Assembly: GCF_020103725.1 (NCBI RefSeq)
Contig: NZ_JAHXBG010000030.1
Location: 1-36,336 of the forward strand
Source of the DNA: Hyalangium gracile
Lineage (GTDB): Bacteria; Myxococcota; Myxococcia; Myxococcales; Myxococcaceae
Length of the DNA: 36,336 bases
Direction: 5' to 3'
Shown here: positions 9,304 to 17,928 of the stretch, one piece after another
Layout: each line of letters opens with the position of its first letter
How positions within the stretch are numbered: the stretch's first letter is position 1
Program-made: the position numbers and the translations under genes
The notes under the pieces: model-generated
What the model saw: the letters and a program-made list of their open reading frames with translations, nothing else
Databases searched by the model: none
What the model was told of the DNA's origin: nothing

Positions 9304-9828
9304 ATGACGACTCTCAACAACCTGAAGCGGCCGAACAACTCGTGGCACCGCAAGAAGCGCGTGGGCCGTGGCCAGGGCTCCGGTCTGGGCAAGACGGCCG
9401 GCCGCGGTGGCAAGGGCCAGAAGGCTCGTTCCGGCAACATGCGGTTCGAGGGCTTCGAGGGCGGCCAGAGCCCGCTGCAGCGCCGCCTGCCGAAGTTCGG
9501 CTTCATCTCGCCCAACCGCGTCATCTACGCGGTGGTGAACCTGACGGACCTGAACGGGTTCGACGCGGGCACCACGGTGGACGAGGCCGCGCTGAAGGGC
9601 AAGGGCCTGGTCAAGGGCCGCTACGACGGCGTGAAGGTGCTGGGCCGTGGCGACCTGGCCAAGAAGCTGACGGTGCGGGTGCACAAGCTCTCCGGGAAGG
9701 CCCGGGAGGCCATCGAGAAGGCGGGCGGCGCGGTGGAGGTGCTTCCGCTGGTGGCGCACAAGCCGGAGTCCGCTTCCAAGGCTCACTCGGGCAAGGGCGT
9801 CAAGGCCCCCAAGCAGCCGACCGCCTAG
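9304..9828 (+). CDS. rplO: 50S ribosomal protein L15
   Basis: 174 aa with a Gly/Arg-rich L15 N-terminus (RKKRVGRGQGSGLGKTAGRGGKGQKARSG) and a C-terminal extension relative to E. coli. Confidence 0.93.
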   Translation: MTTLNNLKRPNNSWHRKKRVGRGQGSGLGKTAGRGGKGQKARSGNMRFEGFEGGQSPLQRRLPKFGFISPNRVIYAVVNLTDLNGFDAGTTVDEAALKGKGLVKGRYDGVKVLGRGDLAKKLTVRVHKLSGKAREAIEKAGGAVEVLPLVAHKPESASKAHSGKGVKAPKQPTA

Positions 9829-9956
9829 TCCAGGCCGGGCGCGCTTCACTTTGGGTGGTGCGCGCCGGTTCGCTTGTGTAGGCTCACGCGCCCCTCTCCT
9901 TCGTGGATAGGGGCGCTGTCGTTCTGTCAGGACTTTTTAAAGGGGATGGCTCCCAC

Positions 9957-11303
9957 GTGGCTCTGAACGCCTTCACCAACATCTTCCGCATCGCGGAGCT
10001 GCGAAACCGGCTGGCGTACACGCTGGTGCTGCTCTCGGTGTACCGCATCGGCATCTTCATCAACACGCCCGGAGTGGACAGGGCGGCAATGAACGCGTTC
10101 ATGGACGCCCAGAAGCAGTCGGGTGGCCTGGTCTCGCTGTTCAACCTGTTCTCCGGCGGCGCCCTGGAGCAGATGTCCATCTTCGGCCTGGGCATCATGC
10201 CGTACGTGTCCGCCTCCATCATCATGCAGTTGCTGGCGGTGGTCATCCCCAGCCTGGAGCGGCTGCAGAAGGAAGGCGCGGCGGGCCGGCAGAAGATCAA
10301 CCAGTACACGCGCTACGGCTCCATCGTCCTGTCCGTCATTCAGGGTATCGGCATCTCGCGGTGGCTGGTGTCCCTGGGCCGCAGCGACGGAGGGCAGGGC
10401 GGCTTCAACCAGATCGTCGTCCCCGATGACAGCATGTGGTTCACCTTCATGACGGTCATCAGCCTCACCGCCGGCACGGCCTTCATCATGTGGCTGGGCG
10501 AGCGCATCACCGAGCGCGGCATCGGCAACGGCATCTCCCTCATCATCTTCGCGGGCATCGTGGCGGGCATGCTGCCGGCCACCAAGACGCTGTTCGACAT
10601 GTCGGCGCAGGGGGCCATCGAGTCCGCGGCGCTGGTGGCGCTGGCCGTGTTCATGCTCTTCGTCGTCGCGGTGGTGGTGTACGTGGAGCGCGGCATGCGG
10701 CGCATCCCCGTGCAGTACGCCAAGCGCATGGCGGGCCGGCGGATGTTCGCGGGCCAGGCCACCTACTTCCCGATGAAGGTGAACAGCGCGGGCGTGATTC
10801 CTCCCATCTTCGCCGGCGCGCTGCTGTCCTTCCCGGCCACGCTGGGCACCTGGTTCCCCTTCCTGAACACGTTCCGCCAGGGCCTCGAGGGCAACCCGTG
10901 GCTCTACAACGGGCTGTTCGTCCTGCTGGTGGTGTTCTTCGCCTACTTCTACACCGCGCTGACGTTCCGGCCGGATGACGTGGCCGACAACATCAAGAAG
11001 CAGGGTGGCTACATCCCCGGCATCCGTCCGGGTCGCCAGACGGCGGACTTCATCGAGCGTGTGCTCAACCGCATCACCTTCGGCGGCGGCGTGTACCTGG
11101 CGGCCATCTGCGTCATCCCGTCCGTCATCAGCAACGTGATGGGCGTGAACTTCTCGTTCGGCGGCACGGCGCTCCTCATCGTGGTGGGCGTGGCGCTGGA
11201 CACGGTGCAGCAGATCGAGGGCCACCTCATCAGCCGCAACTACGAGGGCTTCGCCGGTCCGCGCGGCCCGCGCATCCGCGGCCGTGTGCGGGTGGCGGCC
11301 TAG
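9957..11303 (+). CDS. secY: Preprotein translocase subunit SecY
   Basis: 448 aa polytopic membrane protein. The N-terminus MALNAFTNIFRIAELRNRLAYTLVLLSVYRIGIFINTPGVD aligns to SecY. GTG 9957 is preferred over GTG 9903 because the RBS AAAGGGGA sits about 10 nt upstream. Confidence 0.92.
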   Translation: MALNAFTNIFRIAELRNRLAYTLVLLSVYRIGIFINTPGVDRAAMNAFMDAQKQSGGLVSLFNLFSGGALEQMSIFGLGIMPYVSASIIMQLLAVVIPSLERLQKEGAAGRQKINQYTRYGSIVLSVIQGIGISRWLVSLGRSDGGQGGFNQIVVPDDSMWFTFMTVISLTAGTAFIMWLGERITERGIGNGISLIIFAGIVAGMLPATKTLFDMSAQGAIESAALVALAVFMLFVVAVVVYVERGMRRIPVQYAKRMAGRRMFAGQATYFPMKVNSAGVIPPIFAGALLSFPATLGTWFPFLNTFRQGLEGNPWLYNGLFVLLVVFFAYFYTALTFRPDDVADNIKKQGGYIPGIRPGRQTADFIERVLNRITFGGGVYLAAICVIPSVISNVMGVNFSFGGTALLIVVGVALDTVQQIEGHLISRNYEGFAGPRGPRIRGRVRVAA

Positions 11304-11451
11304 GCACCGGGGTTTCTCCAGGCGCCTCTCTCCGGATGCCGGGGAGGGGCGCCTTGTCGTTCAGGGGTAGTCAGTCGTGCACGGGGGGCGCTTTCGGAGG
11401 TTCATCGCATTGGGCTTCCGTGCGTTCCTTCGGAGGAGCTGAGAGGAGCAC

Positions 11452-12099
11452 ATGAACCTGATCCTGTTGGGCCCGCCAAACGCGGGGAAGGGTACCCAGG
11501 CGAAGAACCTGTTCCGGGACTATCAGATCCCCCAGATCTCCACCGGGGACATCCTCCGCAAGGCCGTGAAGGATGGCACCGAGCTGGGCAAGATCGCGGG
11601 GCCGCTGATGGCCGCGGGTGCCTACGTCCCGGATGACATCGTCATCGGGATCGTCGAGGAGCGCCTCAAGCAGCCGGACTGCGCCAACGGCTTCGTGCTG
11701 GATGGCTTCCCGCGCACCATCCCCCAGGCGGATGCGCTGGAGCGGATGCTGGCCAAGAACGGCAAGAAGATCGACGCCGTCGTCTCGCTCGAGGTGCCGC
11801 ACTCCAAGCTCATCGAGCGCGGCTCGGGGCGCCGTTCGTGCCCGGTGGATGGCAGCGTCTACCACGTATACCAGAACCCCCCGAAGCGGGCAGGGTACTG
11901 CGACAAGTGCGGCGCCGGGCTCGTCCAGCGCGAGGATGACCACCCCGAGGTCATCGAGAAGCGGCTCCAGAAGTATGACGCCGAGACGTCGCCCCTGAAG
12001 GACTACTACGCCAAGAAGGGGCTGCTGAAGAGCATCGATGGCGTGGGCACCACGGACGGCATCTACGCCGAGCTCCGGGGAGCCATCGGCAAGGCCTGA
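11452..12099 (+). CDS. adk: Adenylate kinase, long form with Zn-binding lid
   Basis: 215 aa with P-loop GPPNAGKGTQA and lid residues CPVDG...CDKCG. Confidence 0.95.
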   Translation: MNLILLGPPNAGKGTQAKNLFRDYQIPQISTGDILRKAVKDGTELGKIAGPLMAAGAYVPDDIVIGIVEERLKQPDCANGFVLDGFPRTIPQADALERMLAKNGKKIDAVVSLEVPHSKLIERGSGRRSCPVDGSVYHVYQNPPKRAGYCDKCGAGLVQREDDHPEVIEKRLQKYDAETSPLKDYYAKKGLLKSIDGVGTTDGIYAELRGAIGKA

Positions 12100-12188
12100 G
12101 TGGAGAGCGAGCGGGCTGGCGGGCGCCTCCGAGAGGAGTGACGCCCCCCGGCTCCCGGGTTCTCCCTGGAACAGGTTGAGTCGAAGTC

Positions 12189-12947
12189 ATGAGTTCCGTC
12201 GAGATCAAGAGCCCGGACGAGATCGCCCTCATGCGTGAGGCTGGGCGGATCGTGTGTGAGATTCTCGACGAGCTCGAGAAGGCGGTGGCTCCCGGCGTGA
12301 CGACGTGGGAGCTGGACGCCCTGGCCGAGAAGCTCATCTACGAGAAGGGGGCCAGGCCGGCGTTCAAGGGCTACCTCGGCTTTCCGTGCTGCTTGTGTGC
12401 GTCCGTCAACGACGAAGTCGTACACGGCATCCCCTCGAAGAAGCGGAAGCTGGCCGAGGGGGACTTGATGAAGCTGGACTTCGGGGTGGTGTACCGGGGC
12501 TTCTTCGGGGACTCGGCGCGCACGGTGCCGGTAGGGAAGGTGAGCCGCGAGGCCCAGGCGCTGATCGACGCCACGCGGGAGTCGCTCCAGAAGGCCATCG
12601 CGGCCTCGGTGGTGGGCAACCGGCTCGGCGACATCGGCCACGCGGTGCAGAGCTACGTGGAGGCGCGCGGCTACTCGGTGGCCGAGGGGTTCACCGGCCA
12701 CGGGATTGGCCGCAAGCTCCACGAGAAGCCCGAGGTGCCCAATGTCGGCGAGCCGGGCTCGGGCATGAAGCTGCGCTCGGGGATGGTGCTGGCCATCGAG
12801 CCCATGGTGAACATGGGAACCTCCGAGGTAGGCCTACTGGAGGACGATTGGACGGCGGTGACGCTCGATCACAAGCTTTCCGCGCACTTCGAGCATACGG
12901 TGCTGATCACGGACCGTGGCCCCGAGGTGCTCACCCGCAGGTCCTGA
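12189..12947 (+). CDS. map: Methionine aminopeptidase type I
   Basis: 252 aa. It carries the conserved MetAP metal ligands and the pita-bread fold motifs (FKGYLGFPCCLCASVNDEVVHGIP, EHTVLIT). Confidence 0.93.
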   Translation: MSSVEIKSPDEIALMREAGRIVCEILDELEKAVAPGVTTWELDALAEKLIYEKGARPAFKGYLGFPCCLCASVNDEVVHGIPSKKRKLAEGDLMKLDFGVVYRGFFGDSARTVPVGKVSREAQALIDATRESLQKAIAASVVGNRLGDIGHAVQSYVEARGYSVAEGFTGHGIGRKLHEKPEVPNVGEPGSGMKLRSGMVLAIEPMVNMGTSEVGLLEDDWTAVTLDHKLSAHFEHTVLITDRGPEVLTRRS

Positions 12948-13095
12948 TGGGGCCTGACGCGGGGTGAAATACGTTGTTAATATGAGGGGTTGATAGAAGT
13001 TCGGAGCGAGCGCGACACGGTACTTGCCACTTCGGGACCAAAGTGCTATCCCGCCGCGCTTCCAAGAGTATGGTGGTCCGGAAGAGGGTTTTCGA

Positions 13096-13314
13096 TTGCC
13101 GAAGGATGATTCGATCGAAGTTGAGGGGACCGTGATGGAGCCCCTTCCCAACGCGATGTTCCGCGTGGTGCTGGACAACGGCCACAAGGTGCTCGCGCAC
13201 ATCTCCGGCAAGATGCGGATGCACTTCATCCGAATCCTGCCGGGCGACAAGGTCAAGGTCGAGCTCTCGCCCTATGATCTGACTCGCGGCCGGATCACGT
13301 ACCGCGCGAAGTAG
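13096..13314 (+). CDS. infA: Translation initiation factor IF-1
   Basis: The 72-aa core matches IF-1 ([58 protein letters not shown]). Most likely start is the in-frame TTG at 13096 with RBS GGAAGAGGG upstream. The ORF-track start at 13024 would add a 24-aa extension with no homology. Confidence 0.85.
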   Translation: MPKDDSIEVEGTVMEPLPNAMFRVVLDNGHKVLAHISGKMRMHFIRILPGDKVKVELSPYDLTRGRITYRAK

Positions 13315-13381
13315 TCGGCCGCCTCCGCCTGGCGGAGGCCTCCCTGCAGGCTTTTCATTCACGAAGGAAGGAAGTAGCGCC

Positions 13382-13498
13382 ATGAAGGTTCGGGCGTCCG
13401 TCAAGAAGATCTGCGACAAGTGCAAGGTGATCCGTCGCAAGGGCATCGTGCGCGTGATCTGCGCCTCCAACCCGCGGCACAAGCAGCGCCAGGGCTAA
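13382..13498 (+). CDS. rpmJ: 50S ribosomal protein L36, zinc-ribbon form
   Basis: 38-aa [41 protein letters not shown] with RBS GAAGGAAGGAAG upstream. It is too short for the ORF track, so I read it directly from the sequence. Confidence 0.9.
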   Translation: MKVRASVKKICDKCKVIRRKGIVRVICASNPRHKQRQG

Positions 13499-13545
13499 CG
13501 GCCAGTCCGTTGGCTCCAGACCAACTCAACTAGAAGGAACGAACG

Positions 13546-13932
13546 ATGGCTCGTATCGCCGGTGTCGATCTCCCGCCTGCCAAGCGCGCGGTGATCTCGC
13601 TTCAGTACATCTACGGGATCGGCAACAAGACCGCCCATGACATCTGCGCCCACGCGGGGATCGATCTCGCTACGCGGACCAAGGACCTGACCGATGAGCA
13701 GGCCCGCAAGATCCGCGAGTACATCGAGGCCAACCTCAAGGTCGAGGGTGATCTCCGGCGCGAGGTGACGATGAACATCAAGCGGCTGATGGACCTGGGT
13801 TGCTACCGGGGCCTGCGTCACCGCAAGGGCCTGCCCGTCCGCGGCCAGCGCACCCACACCAACGCCCGTACCCGCAAGGGTCCCAAGCGCGGCATCGTGC
13901 GCGCCAAGCCGGCTGCTCCGGCGGGCCGCTAA
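13546..13932 (+). CDS. rpsM: 30S ribosomal protein S13
   Basis: 128 aa [26 protein letters not shown]... matches S13. Confidence 0.95.
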   Translation: MARIAGVDLPPAKRAVISLQYIYGIGNKTAHDICAHAGIDLATRTKDLTDEQARKIREYIEANLKVEGDLRREVTMNIKRLMDLGCYRGLRHRKGLPVRGQRTHTNARTRKGPKRGIVRAKPAAPAGR

Positions 13933-14004
13933 CCCGTTCCCCTACCTGCGCCGGCCCGATGAGGCGCCGGCGTCGATCATCTACTCTCAGGAGCACCCAC
14001 TCTC

Positions 14005-14448
14005 ATGGCTGAAGAAGTCAACACTCCCGCAGCCGCCCCGGCCGCGACCGAGGGCGGTGAGTCCGCCGCGGCGAAGAAGGCCAAGCGCAAGGGCAAGAAG
14101 AACATCCTCAACGGCGTGGTCCACATCCAGTCCACGTTCAACAACACCATCATCACGATCACGGACGTGTCCGGGAACGTGATCTCCTGGTCCTCCGCTG
14201 GCGCCCGTGGCTTCAAGGGCAGCCGCAAGTCGACGCCGTTCGCCGCGCAGGTCGCCGCGGGCGATGCCGCCGCCAAGGCCATGGAGCACGGGCTGAAGAA
14301 CGTGACGGTGCTGGTGAAGGGGCCTGGCGCTGGCCGCGAGTCCGCGCTGCGCGCCCTGGCCGCCGCGGGGCTGAAGATCAACCTCATCCGCGACGTGACG
14401 CCCATCCCGCACAACGGCTGCCGTCAGCCGAAGCGTCGCCGCGTCTAA
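14005..14448 (+). CDS. rpsK: 30S ribosomal protein S11
   Basis: 147 aa with the S11 core [22 protein letters not shown]...; an Ala-rich N-terminal extension precedes it. Confidence 0.93.
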   Translation: MAEEVNTPAAAPAATEGGESAAAKKAKRKGKKNILNGVVHIQSTFNNTIITITDVSGNVISWSSAGARGFKGSRKSTPFAAQVAAGDAAAKAMEHGLKNVTVLVKGPGAGRESALRALAAAGLKINLIRDVTPIPHNGCRQPKRRRV

Positions 14449-14508
14449 TCCTCATCCGGGCCGCCTCGAGAGGGGCGGCCCCAGACCACCTTTCGAAGGA
14501 GAAGTTCC

Positions 14509-15135
14509 TTGGCTCGTTACACCGCCAGCGCCTGCCGCATCTGCCGGCGCGAGAACCTGAAGATGTACCTCAAGGGCGACCGCTGCTACACGGACAAGTG
14601 TGCCATCGAGCGCCGCCCCTATCCCCCCGGCCAGCACGGCCAGGGCCGCGTGAAGTTCTCCGGCTACGGCGTGCAGCTGCGCGAGAAGCAGAAGGTCAAG
14701 CGCATGTACGGCCTGCTCGAGAGCCAGTTCCGCGGCTACTACCACCGCGCGTCCGCGGCCAAGGGCAAGACGGGTGAGAACCTGCTGCAGCAGCTGGAGC
14801 TCCGCCTGGACAACGTGGTGTTCCGCATGGGCTTCGCGGATACGCGCAACGAGGCTCGCCAGCTGGTGCGCCACGGCCACTTCACGGTGAACGGCAAGCG
14901 GGTGAACATCCCGTCCTTCGCGGTGAAGCCGGGCAGCTCCGTCGAGGTGGCGGAGAAGAGCCGCAAGGTGCTGCGCATCTCCGAGGCGCTGGAGACCGTG
15001 GATCGCCGCGGCGTGCCGCAGTGGATCGACCTGGACAAGAAGGGCTTCAAGGGCACGGTGAAGACCGCCCCGAACCGTGAAGACCTGACCATGCCGATCC
15101 AGGAGCAGCTCATCGTCGAGCTCTACTCCAAGTAA
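14509..15135 (+). CDS. rpsD: 30S ribosomal protein S4
   Basis: 208 aa [31 protein letters not shown] (Zn-finger S4 N-terminus). TTG start with RBS AAGGAGAAG at 14496-14504. Confidence 0.93.
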   Translation: MARYTASACRICRRENLKMYLKGDRCYTDKCAIERRPYPPGQHGQGRVKFSGYGVQLREKQKVKRMYGLLESQFRGYYHRASAAKGKTGENLLQQLELRLDNVVFRMGFADTRNEARQLVRHGHFTVNGKRVNIPSFAVKPGSSVEVAEKSRKVLRISEALETVDRRGVPQWIDLDKKGFKGTVKTAPNREDLTMPIQEQLIVELYSK

Positions 15136-15318
15136 GGCGTGAGGCCCCACGAGGGCCTGCTTCCTTGCTTCAGGCGCCCTGGCGGCCACCGCCGGGGCGT
15201 CGTGCTTCTTTCTGGCCGGCCTGGCCGGTCTCCATTATTCGTCGTACCCCCGCGTGCCCATCCTCCTGCCACCCTGGCGGGTAAGTCGGTGGTGGCGCAC
15301 GCCTCGAGGAGCAACACC

Positions 15319-16362
15319 ATGGCTGATACGTTCATCGCGAAGAACTGGCGCGACCTCATCAAGCCGCGCCGGCTGGAAGTCGATCAGGACTCGCTCACCA
15401 CCACCTACGGCAAGTTCGTCGCGGAGCCGCTCGAGCGCGGCTTCGGCACGACGCTGGGCAACTCGCTGCGCCGCGTGCTCCTGAGCTCGCTGCAGGGCGC
15501 GGCCATCACCTCGGTGAAGATCGAGGGCGTGGACCACGAGTTCACCACCATCCCCGAGGTGGCCGAGGACGTCACCGACATCGTGCTGAACCTGAAGGAA
15601 GTCCTCCTTCGGATGCACACGAACGAGACGAAGACGCTGCGCATCGAGGCCGAGGGTCCCAAGGAGATCAAGGCCGGCGACATCATCGCGGACCAGGACG
15701 TGGAGATCCTCAACCCCGGTCACCACATCTGCACGGTGTCCGAGGGCGGCAAGGTGCGCATGGAGCTGACGTGCCGCCGCGGCCGTGGCTACGTGGCCGC
15801 CACCGTCAACAAGGTCGCCGGTTCTCCCATCGGCACCATCCCCATCGACTCGCTGTTCTCGCCGATCCGCAAGGTGAACTACCAGGTCACCAACGCCCGC
15901 GTCGGTCAGGTGACTGACTACGACAAGCTGGCGCTGGAGGTCTGGACGGACGGCTCCGTTACGCCGCAGGACGCGGTGGCGTACGCGGCGAAGATCATCA
16001 AGGAGCAGCTCTCGGTCTTCGTGAACTTCGACGAGACCGAGGAGCCGGTGGTGGCCGAGGCCCCGAAGGAGGAGGCCAAGCTCAACGAGAACCTGTTCCG
16101 CTCGGTGGATGAGCTGGAACTCTCGGTGCGCTCCGCCAACTGCCTGCAGCAGGCCAACATCAAGACCATCGGCGACCTGGTGCAGCGTACCGAGGCCGAG
16201 ATGCTCAAGACGAAGAACTTCGGCCGCAAGTCGCTCAAGGAGATCAAGGAGATCCTGGCGGAGATGGGCCTGTCGCTCGGCATGAAGCTGGAGAACTGGC
16301 CCCCGAAGCAGGCTCCGGTGGCCCCTGCGGCTCCGGCGGCCAGCGCGGCTCCCAAGGCCTAG
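15319..16362 (+). CDS. rpoA: DNA-directed RNA polymerase subunit alpha
   Basis: 347 aa [21 protein letters not shown]... with a typical alpha NTD and CTD. The ORF-track start at 15139 adds an implausible 60-aa extension; ATG 15319 has RBS GAGGAG upstream. Confidence 0.93.
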   Translation: MADTFIAKNWRDLIKPRRLEVDQDSLTTTYGKFVAEPLERGFGTTLGNSLRRVLLSSLQGAAITSVKIEGVDHEFTTIPEVAEDVTDIVLNLKEVLLRMHTNETKTLRIEAEGPKEIKAGDIIADQDVEILNPGHHICTVSEGGKVRMELTCRRGRGYVAATVNKVAGSPIGTIPIDSLFSPIRKVNYQVTNARVGQVTDYDKLALEVWTDGSVTPQDAVAYAAKIIKEQLSVFVNFDETEEPVVAEAPKEEAKLNENLFRSVDELELSVRSANCLQQANIKTIGDLVQRTEAEMLKTKNFGRKSLKEIKEILAEMGLSLGMKLENWPPKQAPVAPAAPAASAAPKA

Positions 16363-16534
16363 GCCTTTCGTGGTACCTCCACCCGCGCCGTGACACGGCT
16401 TCACGCGGCGCGGGAAGAGGGGCTCTCCCCAGAGCCCATTGGCAATGGCGGCGCTCGTGTCGGAGCCGCCCTTCCCACCCGGTACCTGATACGGCCGGAG
16501 TGGTGGAGCCCTGAAGGGCTCCGGAGTCGCTCAC

Positions 16535-16960
16535 ATGCGTCACAAGGTTGGACAGAGGAAGCTCCACCGCAGCACGAGCCACCGGCTCGCGATGCTCAAC
16601 AACATGGTCACCTCGCTGCTGGAGCACGAGGCCATCCGCACCACCGTCCCCAAGGCCAAGGAGGCCCGGAAGATGGCGGAGCGGATCATCACCCTCGGCA
16701 AGCGCGGCGGTCTGGCCAATGTTCGGCTCGCGGCTCGCATCGTGAAGGACAAGAACGTCCTCCAGAAGGTGTTCAGCGAGTACAAGGACCGGTACGCCAA
16801 CCGCAAGGGCGGCTACACCCGCATCGTGAAGCTCGGCTTCCGCCGTGGCGACGCCGCGGAGATGGCCCTGCTCGAGCTGGTGGACCGTCCCGCGAAGCAG
16901 GCGGCTCCCGCCGAGGGTGGCGAGGCCGAGGCGAAGACCGAGGAGAAGACCGAGGGGTAG
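16535..16960 (+). CDS. rplQ: 50S ribosomal protein L17
   Basis: 141 aa [37 protein letters not shown]... matches L17, with an acidic C-terminal tail. Confidence 0.95.
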   Translation: MRHKVGQRKLHRSTSHRLAMLNNMVTSLLEHEAIRTTVPKAKEARKMAERIITLGKRGGLANVRLAARIVKDKNVLQKVFSEYKDRYANRKGGYTRIVKLGFRRGDAAEMALLELVDRPAKQAAPAEGGEAEAKTEEKTEG

Positions 16961-16987
16961 TCTCACCCCGGCTCTGATGCCGTCACG

Positions 16988-17030
16988 GAGCGTCCTTCCC
17001 ACACGGGGGGGACGCTCTCGTGCTTTCTGG
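16988..17030 (+). terminator. Candidate rho-independent terminator of the alpha operon
   Basis: Perfect 8-bp GC stem (GAGCGTCC at 16988-16995 pairing with GGACGCTC at 17010-17017) followed by TCGTGCTTTCTGG. It lies just downstream of the rplQ stop. Confidence 0.4.
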
Positions 17031-17056
17031 GGCCCTCCGCTCGCATGCGCTGCGAA

Positions 17057-17172
17057 CTGGTATGCTTGTGAGCCTGTCGAAGAAGCCCCCACAACCTCCA
17101 TGCAAGACGCCTGTTATCAGGGGGATAGAAGTGTCGTCCGGGGCTTTTTCGACAGGCTGCTTGTCATACCAG
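17057..17172. repeat. Large imperfect inverted repeat (33-nt arms, 26/33 complementary) with a roughly 50-nt loop, in the convergent intergenic zone
   Basis: Arm 1 at 17057-17089 is CTGGTATGCTTGTGAGCCTGTCGAAGAAGCCCC. Arm 2 at 17140-17172 is GGGGCTTTTTCGACAGGCTGCTTGTCATACCAG. I aligned them by hand: an 8-bp outer stem, a 6x6 internal loop, then a 19-bp inner stem with one mismatch. Confidence 0.55.
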
Positions 17173-17223
17173 TTGGCCAGCAACTCGGCCGGAGGGCGCG
17201 GTCGGTGGGGCTGGGGGGCCTCG

Positions 17224-17892
17224 CTACTCCGTCAGCGGCTGGCCGTTCTTCACCAGATCCGCCTTGCCGTCCTTCGTCTTCATCTCCGCGTTGATGAAGC
17301 GCTCGTCCGACGGCATTGGCCCCGTCGGGCTCAGCAGGCTCTTCGGCGTGAGGGTGAAGATGGCCCCCGAGTCGATCCGGTCCACGATCGCCTTGTACTT
17401 GCCGTTGACCGTGAAGACGACCTCCTCCCACGGATCCTCGTCCGTGTTCGAGACCGTCAGGCTCGGCGCCGCCTGCGGACGATCCGCGTTCGGCAGCACC
17501 GTCACCCGCGCCCCGAGGTCCGTCGTCTGCACCCCTCGGCTCGGGCACGCGATGATGATGCTCACCAGCGAGATGAAGATCCATCCGCCGATGATGCCCG
17601 CCTTCGCCTTCACGAACCGATCCGAGCCGCGGAAGTCCTGCACCAGCTCCTTCAGCACCGACAGCGCGTTCAGGAGCTGGTTCGAGGCCTCCGACGCCAC
17701 CCGCTTGCCGACCGGCCCCTCAGGCTTCTTCGTCACCGGCGTCGTGCGCGCCGCGCTCATGGCCCGCATGCCCGGGTTCGTCACGGCTCGCGGCATCCCA
17801 GGACTCGACACCGGCCGCTGCGGCGCCGATGGAGTCTCGGCTCCGTCCTCGGTGGGAGCGTTGCTTTCAGGCACCTTGCGACCTTCGCTCAT
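17224..17892 (-). CDS. Hypothetical single-pass membrane protein (Pro-rich cytoplasmic N-terminus, one TM helix, roughly 110-aa extracytoplasmic domain)
   Basis: 222 aa with high GC3 in this frame. The TM segment is GIIGGWIFISLVSIIIACP. I see no recognisable family motifs. It is the last gene of the minus-strand plsC-TPR operon. Confidence 0.6.
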   Translation of the reverse strand: MSEGRKVPESNAPTEDGAETPSAPQRPVSSPGMPRAVTNPGMRAMSAARTTPVTKKPEGPVGKRVASEASNQLLNALSVLKELVQDFRGSDRFVKAKAGIIGGWIFISLVSIIIACPSRGVQTTDLGARVTVLPNADRPQAAPSLTVSNTDEDPWEEVVFTVNGKYKAIVDRIDSGAIFTLTPKSLLSPTGPMPSDERFINAEMKTKDGKADLVKNGQPLTE

Positions 17893-17928
17893 CGAACCCC
17901 GAGTGTAGAGGCCAGGGCCGCCCGGTGG

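Noticed and set aside
8078-11225. Several 150-430-aa minus-strand ORFs across rplR, rpsE, rpmD, rplO and secY
   Set aside because: They lie antisense to highly conserved genes and are Arg/Gly/Asp-rich artefact frames.
15139-15318. 60-aa N-terminal extension of rpoA, and similar upstream extensions of rplF (7244), secY (9903) and infA (13024)
   Set aside because: In each case an in-frame start with a good RBS matches the conserved protein N-terminus. The extensions overlap upstream genes or lack homology.
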